Numbered from the stretch's first letter, positions 37,664 to 47,931 are shown. The stretch: 51,206 nucleotides of DNA from an uncultured Clostridia bacterium (GCA_904501715.1 CAJGCD010000001.1:1-51206); one strand, 5' to 3'. Notes: a model not told the origin generated them from the sequence alone. Translations and numbers: made by a program.

Positions 37664-39049
37664 ATGAACGAAACCAAACAGTCAAAAAAAGAAAAAGAGT
37701 CATACGCGCCTCTATCCGAGGACGAATTAAGAATGCTCAAGGCTTCTCAGGAGGGTGAGATAGACAGAAGCACTCTTCCTCCCCACGATAATTCGGATAT
37801 GGCGAAGGCAAAGCGATATGTAAAAAAGAATAAGCTTTCCGTACTTTTCGTCCTTCTGACCGTAATTATCTTGGCAGCCGTGCTCTTTGTCCTTGGCTTT
37901 ATGCTTGTCAGCTCTCTGCTAAACAGACCATCCACCGATGATTTTACTGTTATCCTCGGTGATGAGGATAACAAATATACGGTAAAATATGAGGACGCTA
38001 TGATTGATGACGTATTTTATCTTGATATTATCAAGATAGCGAAATACGCCGACATTGTAGTAAGCGGTAAGGAGCAAAGAATAAAGCTCATGTGCGAGGA
38101 CGGTACATACGTCAGATTTGAACACGGCAAGAATACGGCAACCGTTAACGGCACCCGAGTACATCTCAAGGGAACCGCTAAAATAACCGAGGCTACCGAT
38201 AAAAAGGACTTTGAATGTCTTGTTCCATATTCATTTATAGAAAAGCTGTTCTCAAATCCTACGGTAGGAGATACTCCGGGTGTTAGAACTGTATTTTCAA
38301 GCAAGGATAACAAGGTACAGATAGGCAGAGTGCTTTATCAGAGCGGTACTCCGCTTCCCATAAGCTTTTCCGCAGATTGCTTTGATATTGCCGAGGAGGA
38401 CTCTCTGCTTTCCTACAAAGCAACGTACCCCGAGCTTACGTCGATCTGCTCCAAAAAAACTATGCTGGTCAATAAAAACAATCCCCTCGGTGAAGGCTTT
38501 ACTCCCCAGGGGTTGTTTTCTTTGAATGAATTGGGCTGTCCCGTGGTAGAGGACGGAGACTATCTATTGATATCCGATGCGGCGCTTTCTCTGTGCGCGA
38601 TGATGAACGACCTTGAGAAATCAATCGGCAAGAAGGATAGCGTAGTGGTAACCAGCGCATATCGCTCCTACTCCAAGCAGAAGGGACTGTTTTCAACCTA
38701 CGTCACGGAGCTGATGGAGTATAAAGGCTACACCCGTGAGCAGGCAGAGGCTGAGGTATCAAAAACCGCCGCCAGAGCGGGATACAGCGAGCATCAAAGC
38801 GGTCTTTGCGTTGACCTTATAGAAAAGGGTAAGCTGGAGCTTGATGAGTCCTTTGAGGGCTGCGAGGCGTTTGCTTGGCTAAAGGATAACGCTTACCGAT
38901 ACGGATTTATTTTGCGATATCCCAAGGACAAAATAAGCATAACAGGTTACAGCTACGAGCCTTGGCACTACCGTTTTGTGGGTATAGATGCCGCCACCGT
39001 GATATATGAGGATAATTTATGCCTTGAGGAATATCTGGCTAAATTTTAA
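37664..39049 (+). CDS. Membrane-anchored D-alanyl-D-alanine carboxypeptidase (VanY / peptidase M15B) with an N-terminal stalk-like domain
   Basis: TM segment LSVLFVLLTVIILAAVLFVLGFMLV. M15B motifs: SAYRSYSKQ, GYSEHQSGLCVD and EPWHYRFVG. Confidence 0.8.
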   Translation: MNETKQSKKEKESYAPLSEDELRMLKASQEGEIDRSTLPPHDNSDMAKAKRYVKKNKLSVLFVLLTVIILAAVLFVLGFMLVSSLLNRPSTDDFTVILGDEDNKYTVKYEDAMIDDVFYLDIIKIAKYADIVVSGKEQRIKLMCEDGTYVRFEHGKNTATVNGTRVHLKGTAKITEATDKKDFECLVPYSFIEKLFSNPTVGDTPGVRTVFSSKDNKVQIGRVLYQSGTPLPISFSADCFDIAEEDSLLSYKATYPELTSICSKKTMLVNKNNPLGEGFTPQGLFSLNELGCPVVEDGDYLLISDAALSLCAMMNDLEKSIGKKDSVVVTSAYRSYSKQKGLFSTYVTELMEYKGYTREQAEAEVSKTAARAGYSEHQSGLCVDLIEKGKLELDESFEGCEAFAWLKDNAYRYGFILRYPKDKISITGYSYEPWHYRFVGIDAATVIYEDNLCLEEYLAKF

Positions 39050-39075
39050 CTAATAATATAATTGAATAGCGATAT

Positions 39076-39122
39076 AAAAATCGAATTCCGAATAAATTTT
39101 ATAACGGAATTCGATTTTTTCT
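39076..39122 (+). terminator. Rho-independent terminator
   Basis: Stem AAAAATCGAATTCCG / CGGAATTCGATTTTT with a 14-nt loop, then a T-run. Confidence 0.7.
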
Positions 39123-39251
39123 TTTAATATTCGGTATTTTTGCGACGTTCGCAATTATGGGTTGCATAAAGTTCAAAGCAAAGTTGGTTGAATTAAATAA
39201 AAATATTTGATATTATTATGCAGTAAATTTTAATTATAAAGGAGAAATATT

Positions 39252-41084
39252 ATGTGTGGAATAGTTGGATACACAGGCGCTAAAAACTGTATCCCCGTAC
39301 TTATTGAAGGTCTTAAAATGCTTGAATACCGCGGATATGACTCTGCGGGAGTATCTTTTCTCGATGGAAAATGCATAAGAACTGTAAAGGCTAAGGGAAA
39401 GCTCTCTAATCTTGAGGAACGCCTTGAGGCGTCAAAGCTTGGAGAAATGCATTGCGGAATAGGTCATACAAGATGGGCAACTCACGGTGCGCCATCGGAT
39501 ATCAATTCCCATCCCCACTCCACCGAAATGGTATCCCTTGTACACAACGGTATAGTTGAAAACCACGCGGAAATAGAAGCTTTTCTTCGCCAGAAGGGCT
39601 ACACCTTCGTATCTGACACCGATACCGAGCGCGCGTCAAAGCTTATAGATATGCTTTATAAAGAGACTAAGGACCCCGTAGCGACTCTCTTCAGAGCTTC
39701 GGCTGCCATAAGAGGCTCTTATGCCTTCGGCGTAATATTCAGCGATTTCCCCGGAAAAATATTCGCAATACGCAAGGACAGTCCTCTTATTATCGCCAAG
39801 GATGCCAGCGGCTCCTTCTTAGCCTCGGATATCCCCGCAATACTTCCCTATACAAAGGAATATTGCCGTCTTGACGAGCATTACGTGGCGGAGCTTTCCA
39901 GAACAGATATCAAGATATACGACGAAAACGCAAACGTATCCGAGCCTAAATACGAGGTGGCACTCTGGAACTCCGAGCAGGCTAAAAAGGGCGGTTTCCC
40001 TCATTTTATGCTGAAGGAGATATACGAGGAGCCCTCCGCTCTCGAAAGCACCATTGAGCGTAGAATAAGCAACGGTCTGCCCTCCTTTGACGAAACCTTC
40101 CCCGATAATATACTTCTCGAAAGCATAGACGAGATACACGTGGTAGCCTGCGGTACAGCTATGCACGCAGGTCTTGTGGGCAAATATATAATCGAAAAGC
40201 TTGCCCGTATCCCCGTAAACGTAGAGATCGCCAGCGAATTCCACTACCGCGACCCTATACTCAAGAAAAACAGCCTTGCTATATTTATTTCCCAGTCGGG
40301 TGAAACAGCAGATACTCTTGCCGCGTTGCGCCACGCAAAGAGTGAGGGAGTTCCCACTCTCGCGATCGTAAACGTATTCGGATCTTCCTTGGCTCGCGAG
40401 GCAGATTACGTGCTTTACACCATGGCAGGACCCGAAATATCTGTTGCAAGCACCAAGGCTTACAGCGTTCAGTGCGCTATTCTCTACCTTTTTGCCGCAC
40501 ATCTTGCTCTGATAAAGCAAAAAATCACAAGCGAAGCAGCAAGAAGTCTTTGCGAAAAGCTGCGCTCTGAGCTTCCCCGCGCGGTCGCCGCTACTCTGGC
40601 TTTGAACGATACCATTCACCAGATATCAACAAAAATATCCTCCGCCGAGCACCTTTTCTACATCGGCAGAGGAATAGATTATCAGCTTTCCATAGAAAGC
40701 TCTCTTAAGCTGAAGGAGATATCCTATATACACAGCGAGGCATATGCGGCTGGTGAGCTTAAGCACGGTACCATATCGCTCATAACCGACGGAATACCCG
40801 TAATATGCATTATGACCGACAGCTCGCTTGCTAAAAAGACTATAAGCGGAATTCACGAGGTTGCCGCAAGAGGCGCCCACGTAATTCTTATCTGCTCAGC
40901 GGATATTCAGGATGAGCACGCTCTTCCCGACGTGGAGACGGTTATACTTCCCCGCACCGAGCCGCTGCTTTATCCCTTCCTGACCGCTACCGCTACACAG
41001 CTTATCGCTTATCACACCTCCGCCGACAAGGGCATAGACGTGGATAAGCCCAGAAATCTGGCAAAATCGGTAACAGTGGAATAA
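39252..41084 (+). CDS. glmS: Glutamine--fructose-6-phosphate aminotransferase (isomerizing)
   Basis: MCGIVGY N-terminal nucleophile, two SIS domains, and the canonical C-terminal ...DKPRNLAKSVTVE. 610 aa. Confidence 0.95.
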   Translation: MCGIVGYTGAKNCIPVLIEGLKMLEYRGYDSAGVSFLDGKCIRTVKAKGKLSNLEERLEASKLGEMHCGIGHTRWATHGAPSDINSHPHSTEMVSLVHNGIVENHAEIEAFLRQKGYTFVSDTDTERASKLIDMLYKETKDPVATLFRASAAIRGSYAFGVIFSDFPGKIFAIRKDSPLIIAKDASGSFLASDIPAILPYTKEYCRLDEHYVAELSRTDIKIYDENANVSEPKYEVALWNSEQAKKGGFPHFMLKEIYEEPSALESTIERRISNGLPSFDETFPDNILLESIDEIHVVACGTAMHAGLVGKYIIEKLARIPVNVEIASEFHYRDPILKKNSLAIFISQSGETADTLAALRHAKSEGVPTLAIVNVFGSSLAREADYVLYTMAGPEISVASTKAYSVQCAILYLFAAHLALIKQKITSEAARSLCEKLRSELPRAVAATLALNDTIHQISTKISSAEHLFYIGRGIDYQLSIESSLKLKEISYIHSEAYAAGELKHGTISLITDGIPVICIMTDSSLAKKTISGIHEVAARGAHVILICSADIQDEHALPDVETVILPRTEPLLYPFLTATATQLIAYHTSADKGIDVDKPRNLAKSVTVE

Positions 41085-41085
41085 G

Positions 41086-42219
41086 CTATCTTTCTCTTCG
41101 GAAGAAAAACTTTTTCTCGTGAGCGTACACACTGTGCGCCAAGCCCATAAGAAAATACAGGGCAAAGACCGAGGAACCGCCCGCGCTGAGGAATGGAAGC
41201 GTGATACCCACAACGGGAACCACCGCAAGACACATCCAGAGATTTTCAACAGTCTGCAAAATTATTATAGCCGCGATACCGCCGCAAATAAGTCTGCCGA
41301 CAAAATCTCTGGAGGTGACTGCTATCCACAGCAGCCTGACCACCATTACGCAGAGCGCGAGTACGACCAAGGCTCCGCCTAAAAATCCGAATTTCTCGCA
41401 TATAGTAGAGAAAATAAAATCGGTATGCGAGGCGGGAAGCTCCTCGTATATACCGCCGCTCATCAGTCCTCTGCCAAAGAAACCGCCTGAGGCTATGGCA
41501 TCTCTGCTCATAAGAGCCTGCATTCCCACTCCCTCGGGGTCAAGCTCGGGCTGAAAGCCGTATATTATTCTGTTTTGCTGGTCGGTGCGCAGCAGCTCCC
41601 ACAAGAAAGGAAAGGAAACTACGCATAAAGAAGCGACTCCGAGGAAATACCATCCCGAAAGCCCCGCGAAGTACAGCATAAATGCTATCATTCCTACGTA
41701 TACAAGTGAAACACCTAAGTCACCCGAGAGCAATATGAGTCCGACGATAAGTCCCGCGTGGAGCGCAAGACCCAAAAGGCTCTTAGGGTGATTTATTTTT
41801 TCCTTGACCTGCTCTATATGCTTTGCGAAGGTGCATACAAAGGTTATCTTTACAAATTCCGAGGGCTGAATGGCAATATTCACCAAGGGAATACGCAGCC
41901 AGCTTCTGTTAGCGGTTTCCATATTCTCTCCCGTGCTTCCGAAGATAAGGGTCACAGTGAGCAGAATTGCTGATACCAGCAGCATTATCAGTGAAAATCT
42001 GTCGATGAAAAATCTGTAATCAACGTTAGAGACTATAAACAACGCCACCATTCCCGCCAAGGTCATAGCTATCTGCATAATAAGCTTACTGCGTCCAAAG
42101 TTTTCTGCCGCGCCAAAAATAGTCATTACGCTGACAAAGGAGAGAAATGCCATACATATGAACAATATTGGGTCTATATGCTTTAACCGTTCCTTAAAGG
42201 ACATCCCAAACACCTTCAT
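41086..42219 (-). CDS. FtsW/RodA/SpoVE-family peptidoglycan glycosyltransferase
   Basis: I prefer the start MKVFGMSF (42219, RBS AGGAGG 7 nt upstream). It is a 10-TM SEDS pattern with ...LPFLSAGGSS near the C-terminus. Confidence 0.85.
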   Translation of the reverse strand: MKVFGMSFKERLKHIDPILFICMAFLSFVSVMTIFGAAENFGRSKLIMQIAMTLAGMVALFIVSNVDYRFFIDRFSLIMLLVSAILLTVTLIFGSTGENMETANRSWLRIPLVNIAIQPSEFVKITFVCTFAKHIEQVKEKINHPKSLLGLALHAGLIVGLILLSGDLGVSLVYVGMIAFMLYFAGLSGWYFLGVASLCVVSFPFLWELLRTDQQNRIIYGFQPELDPEGVGMQALMSRDAIASGGFFGRGLMSGGIYEELPASHTDFIFSTICEKFGFLGGALVVLALCVMVVRLLWIAVTSRDFVGRLICGGIAAIIILQTVENLWMCLAVVPVVGITLPFLSAGGSSVFALYFLMGLAHSVYAHEKKFFFRRER

Positions 42220-42296
42220 ATGAACCCCTCCTTTCACTTAAATAAAATCAATCTCAAAGGGGCTGTTACAAAACTGCAACAGCCTCTTTTGTTTTA

Positions 42297-43736
42297 TCAA
42301 TATTGTCTGCCCCAAACGACCATATGCTTTGCGGGCTTACCGCAGCAAGCGCAAACGTCCGAGAGATGCTCCTCAACGAAGGGGATGCAACGGGATTTAA
42401 CTCCGCCTGTCTCCTCCTTAAGCTTGTCCTCGCACTCAACGTCGCCGCACCACATAGCCTTGATAAAGCCGGGGCGGTTCTCTGCCGCGTCAAGGAATTC
42501 CTCGTAGCTTCGAGCGACGCTCATCTTTTCCTCCAGATTCTTCTGGGCTCTTGTGTACAGCTCCTCGTGAACTGCCGCCAATGCCTTTTCTATCTCCTCC
42601 TCGATGTTGTCAAGAGAAACGAAGGTCTTTTGTCTGCTTACTCTGCTTACAAGCACGCAGGAGTTATTCTCAATATCACGAGGACCTATCTCAAGACGGA
42701 GCGGAACGCCCTTCATCTCGTACTGGCTGTACTTCCAGCCCGTAGAGTTATCGCTGTCGTCAAGCTTTACGCGCCACTTAGCCGCAAGCTTATCCCGAAG
42801 CTCTCCTGCCTTTTCAAGTACGCCCTCCTTATGCTGAGCAACAGGGATGATGGCTACCTGTATGGGGGCTACCTTAGGAGGCAGTATAAGTCCGTTGTCG
42901 TCACCGTGAGTCATAATGATAGCGCCTATCATTCTTGTGGAAACACCCCAAGAGGTCTGATGAGGATAGCATATCTTATTTTCTCTGTCGGTATAGGTAA
43001 TACCGAAAGCCTTTGCGAAGCCATCGCCGAAATAATGGGAGGTTCCGCCCTGAAGAGCAACACCGTTATGCATCATAGGCTCAATTGTGTAGGTCTCCAT
43101 TGCTCCCGCAAACTTTTCCTTCTCGGTCTTTCTTCCTGTAATAGCGGGAATTGCGAGCGTTTCTCTGTAAAAGTCCTCGTAACACTTGAGCATACGCAGA
43201 GTCTCCTCACGCGCGTCTGCCTCGTTTTCGTGCATAGTGTGTCCCTCCTGCCAAAGGAACTCGGAGGTACGGAGGAAGGGACGGGTGGTCTTTTCCCATC
43301 TTACCACGTTACACCACTGGTTATAAAGCTTGGGCAGGTCGCGGTAAGAGTGAATTATATTCTTGTAGTGCTCACAGAAAAGGGTTTCCGAGGTAGGACG
43401 CACCGCCAGACGCTCGGTAAGTCTGTTCTGACCTCCAACTGTTACCCAAGCGCACTCGGGAGCAAATCCCGCTACGTGGTCCTTTTCCTGCTGAAGAAGG
43501 CTCTCGGGAATGAACATAGGCATATATACGTTTTCGTGTCCGAGACGCTTAAATCTTGCGTCAAGGTCGCTCTGGATGTTCTCCCATATTGCGTATCCGT
43601 AAGGACGGATTATCATGCATCCCTTAACGCCCGAATAATCAACGAGCTCTGCCTTTTTTACAACGTCAGTGTACCATTGAGCAAAATCGGTATCCATTGC
43701 CGTTATCTGCTCTACCATTTTTTTATCGTTTGCCAT
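42297..43736 (-). CDS. proS: Proline--tRNA ligase (short archaeal/eukaryote-like class II type with a C-terminal Zn-binding domain)
   Basis: 479 aa. Motifs: [36 protein letters not shown], and the C-terminal CGDVECE...[18 protein letters not shown]. Confidence 0.95.
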   Translation of the reverse strand: MANDKKMVEQITAMDTDFAQWYTDVVKKAELVDYSGVKGCMIIRPYGYAIWENIQSDLDARFKRLGHENVYMPMFIPESLLQQEKDHVAGFAPECAWVTVGGQNRLTERLAVRPTSETLFCEHYKNIIHSYRDLPKLYNQWCNVVRWEKTTRPFLRTSEFLWQEGHTMHENEADAREETLRMLKCYEDFYRETLAIPAITGRKTEKEKFAGAMETYTIEPMMHNGVALQGGTSHYFGDGFAKAFGITYTDRENKICYPHQTSWGVSTRMIGAIIMTHGDDNGLILPPKVAPIQVAIIPVAQHKEGVLEKAGELRDKLAAKWRVKLDDSDNSTGWKYSQYEMKGVPLRLEIGPRDIENNSCVLVSRVSRQKTFVSLDNIEEEIEKALAAVHEELYTRAQKNLEEKMSVARSYEEFLDAAENRPGFIKAMWCGDVECEDKLKEETGGVKSRCIPFVEEHLSDVCACCGKPAKHMVVWGRQY

Positions 43737-43790
43737 TTTCTATATCCTTTCTCGCCTGAGAATTAAAGCATAATATTGCATACTACATAT

Positions 43791-43819
43791 ATTATAAAGC
43801 AAACCGACAAAAAAGTCAA
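43791..43819 (-). promoter_or_regulatory. Consensus-like SigA promoter for proS
   Basis: Minus strand: TTGACT (43819-43814), 17 nt, then TATAAT (43796-43791). This leaves a leader of only about 55 nt. Confidence 0.55.
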
Positions 43820-43857
43820 GACGGGCGAGGGTATAATTTTTAAAAAAGGATGTATTT

Positions 43858-44640
43858 ATGATAAAAAAAGACAAAGTTAATATCCTTTCGGTAAATTTCG
43901 AAATAAAAAGCAAAACCGAACAATTGGCGACGGTAAAGGACAGATTGAACAGAGGCTTGGTAACCAAGATATTCACACCAAATCCCCAGATACTACTTCA
44001 TGCAGCAAAAGACAAAAAAGCGTTGGATATATTACACAGCTCGGACATAAACCTTCCCGATGGTGTAGGTATCCTCATAGCCGCCAAGCTCTTGGGTGGA
44101 GATATTCCCGAAAGAATATCGGGGATAGATTTTGCCGAGGAGCTTCTACACTTGGCGGCGGAAAAGGGATATTCGGTATTTCTCCTTGGGGGGAAATCGG
44201 GAAGGGCCCACAAGGCAGAGCGCTCTCTCTTAGAAAAAATACCACACCTTAACATCTGCGGATGTCATAACGGATATTTTAATAAAAAAGGAGCAGAAAA
44301 CGAGAAAGTAAAAAAAATTATAGAACAAGCTCACCCAGATTTTCTTTTTGTCTGCCTTGGGTCACCTATACAAGAAGAATGGATAATAAACAACCTCTCC
44401 TCCCTGCCCTCCGTAAAGCTGGCAATCGGTCTTGGGGGCAGCATAGACGTGTGGTCGGGAAAGCTGAAGCGCGCCCCCTCACTATTACGCGCCTATGGGC
44501 TGGAATGGCTTTGGCGGACCGTTAAAGAGCCTAAGCGTATGAAAATATTTATGGATATACCCAAATTTTTTATCTGTATCGAAGCGCAAAAAAGAGCGTT
44601 CCGCAAAGAAGCGAAACGCTCGTATAGTGTCGAAAATTAG
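43858..44640 (+). CDS. WecB/TagA/CpsF-family glycosyltransferase
   Basis: INLPDGVGI, SVFLLGGK, PDFLFVCLGSPIQEEW and GLEWLWR are typical of TagA-like enzymes. Confidence 0.8.
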   Translation: MIKKDKVNILSVNFEIKSKTEQLATVKDRLNRGLVTKIFTPNPQILLHAAKDKKALDILHSSDINLPDGVGILIAAKLLGGDIPERISGIDFAEELLHLAAEKGYSVFLLGGKSGRAHKAERSLLEKIPHLNICGCHNGYFNKKGAENEKVKKIIEQAHPDFLFVCLGSPIQEEWIINNLSSLPSVKLAIGLGGSIDVWSGKLKRAPSLLRAYGLEWLWRTVKEPKRMKIFMDIPKFFICIEAQKRAFRKEAKRSYSVEN

Positions 44641-44739
44641 AGAGAGCAGATGTGAAATTTTATTTTTCATCATCTTTTATTTAAATTCAGTACCCGTATT
44701 GATTGGTTTTATCCGTAAATATTTGTGTTTTTTATCAAA

Positions 44740-44982
44740 TTAACAAGCGATGAATTTTTCAAACTCGTGATAGTAGTCGTTATCCATTTCTATGGTCATA
44801 TCACTCCAGTTGAGCTTCTTCGCAAGAAGCACTCCCAGAAGACTCTTGGCATTAACAGAAAATTTGGAACCGCTCTTGAGAACTATCTTGCCCTGAAGCT
44901 TTGTTGCGATAGCGACCATGTCCTTTGCATCCTGCATCGTATCGATCTCAATATCGTAGACATATTTATCGTTTATACTCAT
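44740..44982 (-). CDS. HPr-fold (Crh-like) small protein lacking the His15 phosphorylation site
   Basis: 80 aa. SVNAKSLLGVLLA matches the HPr/Crh Ser46 region (VNxKSIMGxMSL). The region that should hold G-x-H-A-R-P-A reads DTMQDAKDMV, with no His. Confidence 0.5.
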   Translation of the reverse strand: MSINDKYVYDIEIDTMQDAKDMVAIATKLQGKIVLKSGSKFSVNAKSLLGVLLAKKLNWSDMTIEMDNDYYHEFEKFIAC

Positions 44983-45154
44983 TTTTATGCACCGTTCCTT
45001 TCTCGGCTTTATCGTAGATATGAAACATCGGGTACTTCCTCTCTACGCGGCACATTCTACACCTCGTTTATGTCTAAAGTATTAACAATCTGTATTTAAT
45101 TTGTAACATTGCACAAATTTCAAAAATATTTTTTGTGCATCTTGAATAACCTCA

Positions 45155-45189
45155 AATAAAAAAAGAAAAGACCGTCGAAAACGGTCTTA
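45155..45189 (-). terminator. Rho-independent terminator after the TVP38 gene
   Basis: Minus strand: AAGACCG-TTTTCGA-CGGTCTT, followed by TTCTTTTTTTATTT. The stem overlaps the stop codon. Confidence 0.7.
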
Positions 45190-45957
45190 TTCTTGTGTTT
45201 TATCGTGTCTTTTTTTATTAGCCTTTTGTATAGCCATATATACGAGATATCCCGCTCCGCTGACTACTGCGGCAACAGCAAAAATTATTATCGCCTTTAA
45301 TATCTCACCCTCGCTGAACGCATCACCGCCAAGGGTGGACATAAGTATTGAGGGTATCCTCGCCACGGTGGTCAAAATGATATACATAGGTATGCTCACC
45401 TCGGTAAGCCCTATAATATAAGTAATGAGGTCCTTGGGCGTTCCGGGTATCAGAAACAGAAAAAATATGGTGGCATTTCTCTTTTTCGGGTCGCGGAGTA
45501 TGGGGAGCGAGTCTATCTTTTCCCGAGGATACAGTGACTCAACGAATTTTCGTCCGAATATACGTACCAAAAGTATTACCACGATGCTTCCAAGGGTTAT
45601 TCCCACAAGACAAAGCAGGGTTCCGAACCACGAGCCGAATATTACGCCCGCAGCTATCTCTACCGCCTCACCGGGTATAAGCGCTATAACGACCTGCACC
45701 ACGCAGACAGCAATAAATATCAAAGCGCCCGCCAACCAATGCTCAGCAACGAATATCTTGAGATTTTCAAGATTTTCTGCCGAGAAGTAATCCCTGAGCA
45801 AAAACGCGCCTATAACCGCCAAAACGCAAATAACCGCAGAGGCAATGGATATAACGGTAGCGGCATACCTTTTAGAATAGTGCTTGGTCTCTTCAAACTT
45901 TTTATCCGAAAGCTTGTCCGAAATCAGCTTTTTTGCTCGCTGACCTCTATTTCCCAT
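45187..45957 (-). CDS. TVP38/TMEM64 (DedA/SNARE-associated) family membrane protein
   Basis: Start MGNRGQRAKK (45957, RBS GGAGG). PGEAVEIAAGVIFGSWFGTLLCLVGITLGSIVVILLVRIFGRKF is the family core. Confidence 0.8.
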   Translation of the reverse strand: MGNRGQRAKKLISDKLSDKKFEETKHYSKRYAATVISIASAVICVLAVIGAFLLRDYFSAENLENLKIFVAEHWLAGALIFIAVCVVQVVIALIPGEAVEIAAGVIFGSWFGTLLCLVGITLGSIVVILLVRIFGRKFVESLYPREKIDSLPILRDPKKRNATIFFLFLIPGTPKDLITYIIGLTEVSIPMYIILTTVARIPSILMSTLGGDAFSEGEILKAIIIFAVAAVVSGAGYLVYMAIQKANKKRHDKTQE

Positions 45958-46052
45958 GATAGCACCTCCTTTTTGACAGCGTTGTACAACACCAACATTA
46001 TACCACATTTTTTATAAAAACAATATATTTTTTCGAAAATTCTCAAAGGTTT

Positions 46053-46090
46053 ATTTTAAAAATACCCGTGTATACCAATACACGGGTATT
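46053..46090 (-). terminator. Rho-independent terminator after the ABC operon
   Basis: Stem AATACCCGTGTA / TACACGGGTATT with a 6-nt loop, then a T-run on the minus strand. Confidence 0.75.
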
Positions 46091-46092
46091 CT

Positions 46093-46989
46093 TTATTTTG
46101 TTTTCTTGCTGAGCGAGTTAATAAATATATACACGCCTATGAGAATAGCCACGGTAACTCCCAGTATAGCGTACATAACGGTAGTTTCTACCTTATTACC
46201 GAAGAAATAGACGTTGCAGTCTATTGCGTCCTTCAAGGCTTCAAGAGCCTCGGTAGGCACCCCGCTTTTGCCAAGCTCATCACAAGCCCCTCTCAGGGTA
46301 TGATTACGAAGCAGTGCAGTTCCATAAGTACCGGGAAGAAAGGATATTACTGTTTGCAGCCCTTCTCCGAAGGAGGATATGGGCATATAAGCTCCGCAAA
46401 TGAAGCCGTAGCCCGAGCTTACTATGGTGCCTACCGCCGATATCTGCCCTTGGCTCGAAAGGAAGAAATTTATTATGGATGACAGCGCCGTGCCAAAAAG
46501 CACCAGCAATATCACGTCAAGTATAATGCACACTACGTCCAGAGCTGACATATACCATCCAGTAAAGGCTATATACACAAAGCAGATGACAGCGGACACA
46601 ATACAGATCGTGAGTGTGCAAACAAGGGACGCTACGTAATAGCTCAATGAGAATATAGAAGAACGCGTGGGAGATATCCTGAGGTCCTTGATAGCTCCCG
46701 TAGCCTTATCCTGAACCATCAAAAAATTAGAGCAAAATGCTACCGTGACGCAGGATACCGCCAATATAGAGGAAATAAGCTGTCCTCCCACAAGCCCGTC
46801 AATAAGCTTGTCGGATATTTCAAGCCCTGCGGGGAGATTCATAAGAAAGCTATCCCTGTAAACGTTACCCAAAAAGGTGGCGTAAAGCACCAGCAATATA
46901 GCGGGAGTTATCAAGGAGGTAAAGAACATTCCCTTATCCTTGAAAAAGAGCTTTATATTTCTTTTTATCATTATCAATGCAGTTTTCAT
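46093..46989 (-). CDS. ABC-2 type transporter permease
   Basis: A 298-aa, 6-TM protein placed 3 nt downstream of the ATPase gene. Confidence 0.75.
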   Translation of the reverse strand: MKTALIMIKRNIKLFFKDKGMFFTSLITPAILLVLYATFLGNVYRDSFLMNLPAGLEISDKLIDGLVGGQLISSILAVSCVTVAFCSNFLMVQDKATGAIKDLRISPTRSSIFSLSYYVASLVCTLTICIVSAVICFVYIAFTGWYMSALDVVCIILDVILLVLFGTALSSIINFFLSSQGQISAVGTIVSSGYGFICGAYMPISSFGEGLQTVISFLPGTYGTALLRNHTLRGACDELGKSGVPTEALEALKDAIDCNVYFFGNKVETTVMYAILGVTVAILIGVYIFINSLSKKTK

Positions 46990-46992
46990 TTT

Positions 46993-47916
46993 TTACTCCT
47001 TTGCGTTGCTCTCGTTAAGAGTCCTTCCCGTTACCGCGAGGAATACGTCATCCATCTTTCCCTTGGTTATCTCGTAATCAACAAAGATGTGAGAATTGTT
47101 AATAATCAGCTCTGTTGCCTTAGCGGTATTGGGTACAGACAGGCGGAAAGCATCACGGATAGGCTCATATTCAACGCCAAGCCCTCTGACTGTTTCCTCG
47201 TCAACTCCGTAAAGAGTTATAAAATCGCCAGTATAGGTGTTTTTCAGCTCTAAAGGTGTTCCCATAGCAGCTATACGTCCGCCCTCAATTATAACCACGC
47301 TATCAGCCTCAGCCGCCTCCTCCATATAATGCGTAGTCAGAAGAACAGTCATTTTTTCGCTTTTTCTCAGGTCTGAAATGACCTGCCATAGCGTCTTTCT
47401 CGTTTGCGGGTCAAGTCCCGTAGTGGGCTCATCCAATATAAGTATCTTAGGTCTGTGAAGAAGCGCTCTCGCTACGTCTATACGCCTTCTCTGCCCTCCC
47501 GACAGCTTACCCACCGTACGCTTTAATAAATCCTCAAACTCGAGAAGCTTGCTAAGCTCGGCGAGTCTTTTCTTAAAGGCTGTTCCCACAAGTCCGTAAA
47601 TAGCGGCTCTGCTTTCAAGATTGTCGTAAACGCTCAGCGCGCTGTCAAGGACAGACGTCTGGAAAACCACGCCTAAGGAGCTTTTTATCTTATCAAGCTC
47701 CCTGTCTAAATCCAAGCCGTCAACTGTTACCTTCCCACCGTCCTTTGGGAGCTGACCGCATATTACGTTTATGGTGGTGGATTTTCCCGCCCCGTTAACT
47801 CCAAGGAAGGCAAACAGCTCTCCCTCGCCTACCGAAAAGCTGAGGTCATTCACCGCTCTCACCTCGCCAAAGCTTTTATATAGATGCTCTATGCTTATCA
47901 TCTCTTTCATAGACAT
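46993..47916 (-). CDS. ABC transporter ATP-binding protein (DrrA/CcmA-like exporter ATPase)
   Basis: Walker A GVNGAGKST, signature LSGGQRRR and Walker B ILILDEPT. The second ATG at 47910 (MKEMIS) has better RBS spacing and may be the true start. Confidence 0.9.
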   Translation of the reverse strand: MSMKEMISIEHLYKSFGEVRAVNDLSFSVGEGELFAFLGVNGAGKSTTINVICGQLPKDGGKVTVDGLDLDRELDKIKSSLGVVFQTSVLDSALSVYDNLESRAAIYGLVGTAFKKRLAELSKLLEFEDLLKRTVGKLSGGQRRRIDVARALLHRPKILILDEPTTGLDPQTRKTLWQVISDLRKSEKMTVLLTTHYMEEAAEADSVVIIEGGRIAAMGTPLELKNTYTGDFITLYGVDEETVRGLGVEYEPIRDAFRLSVPNTAKATELIINNSHIFVDYEITKGKMDDVFLAVTGRTLNESNAKE

Positions 47917-47931
47917 TTCCTTTCTTCATCG

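Noticed and set aside
39050-39251. I looked for a glmS ribozyme upstream of glmS, as is common in Firmicutes.
   Set aside because: The 200-nt region is extremely AT-rich. It holds the upstream terminator and a TTGAAT-17-TGATATTAT promoter only about 40 nt from the ATG. None of the GC-rich conserved ribozyme core segments are visible. A covariance-model scan would be the formal test.
42259-42290. An imperfect hairpin (GGCTGTTAC...GCAACAGCC) between proS and the SEDS gene, considered as a proS terminator.
   Set aside because: The T-run follows the hairpin on the plus strand, where no gene ends. On the minus strand there is no U-tract. proS and the SEDS gene may simply be co-transcribed, so I did not call it.
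43737-43857. I looked for a T-box leader upstream of proS.
   Set aside because: The intergenic region is only 121 nt, with a good promoter that leaves a leader of about 55 nt. That is too short for a T-box, and no specifier or T-box sequence is seen.
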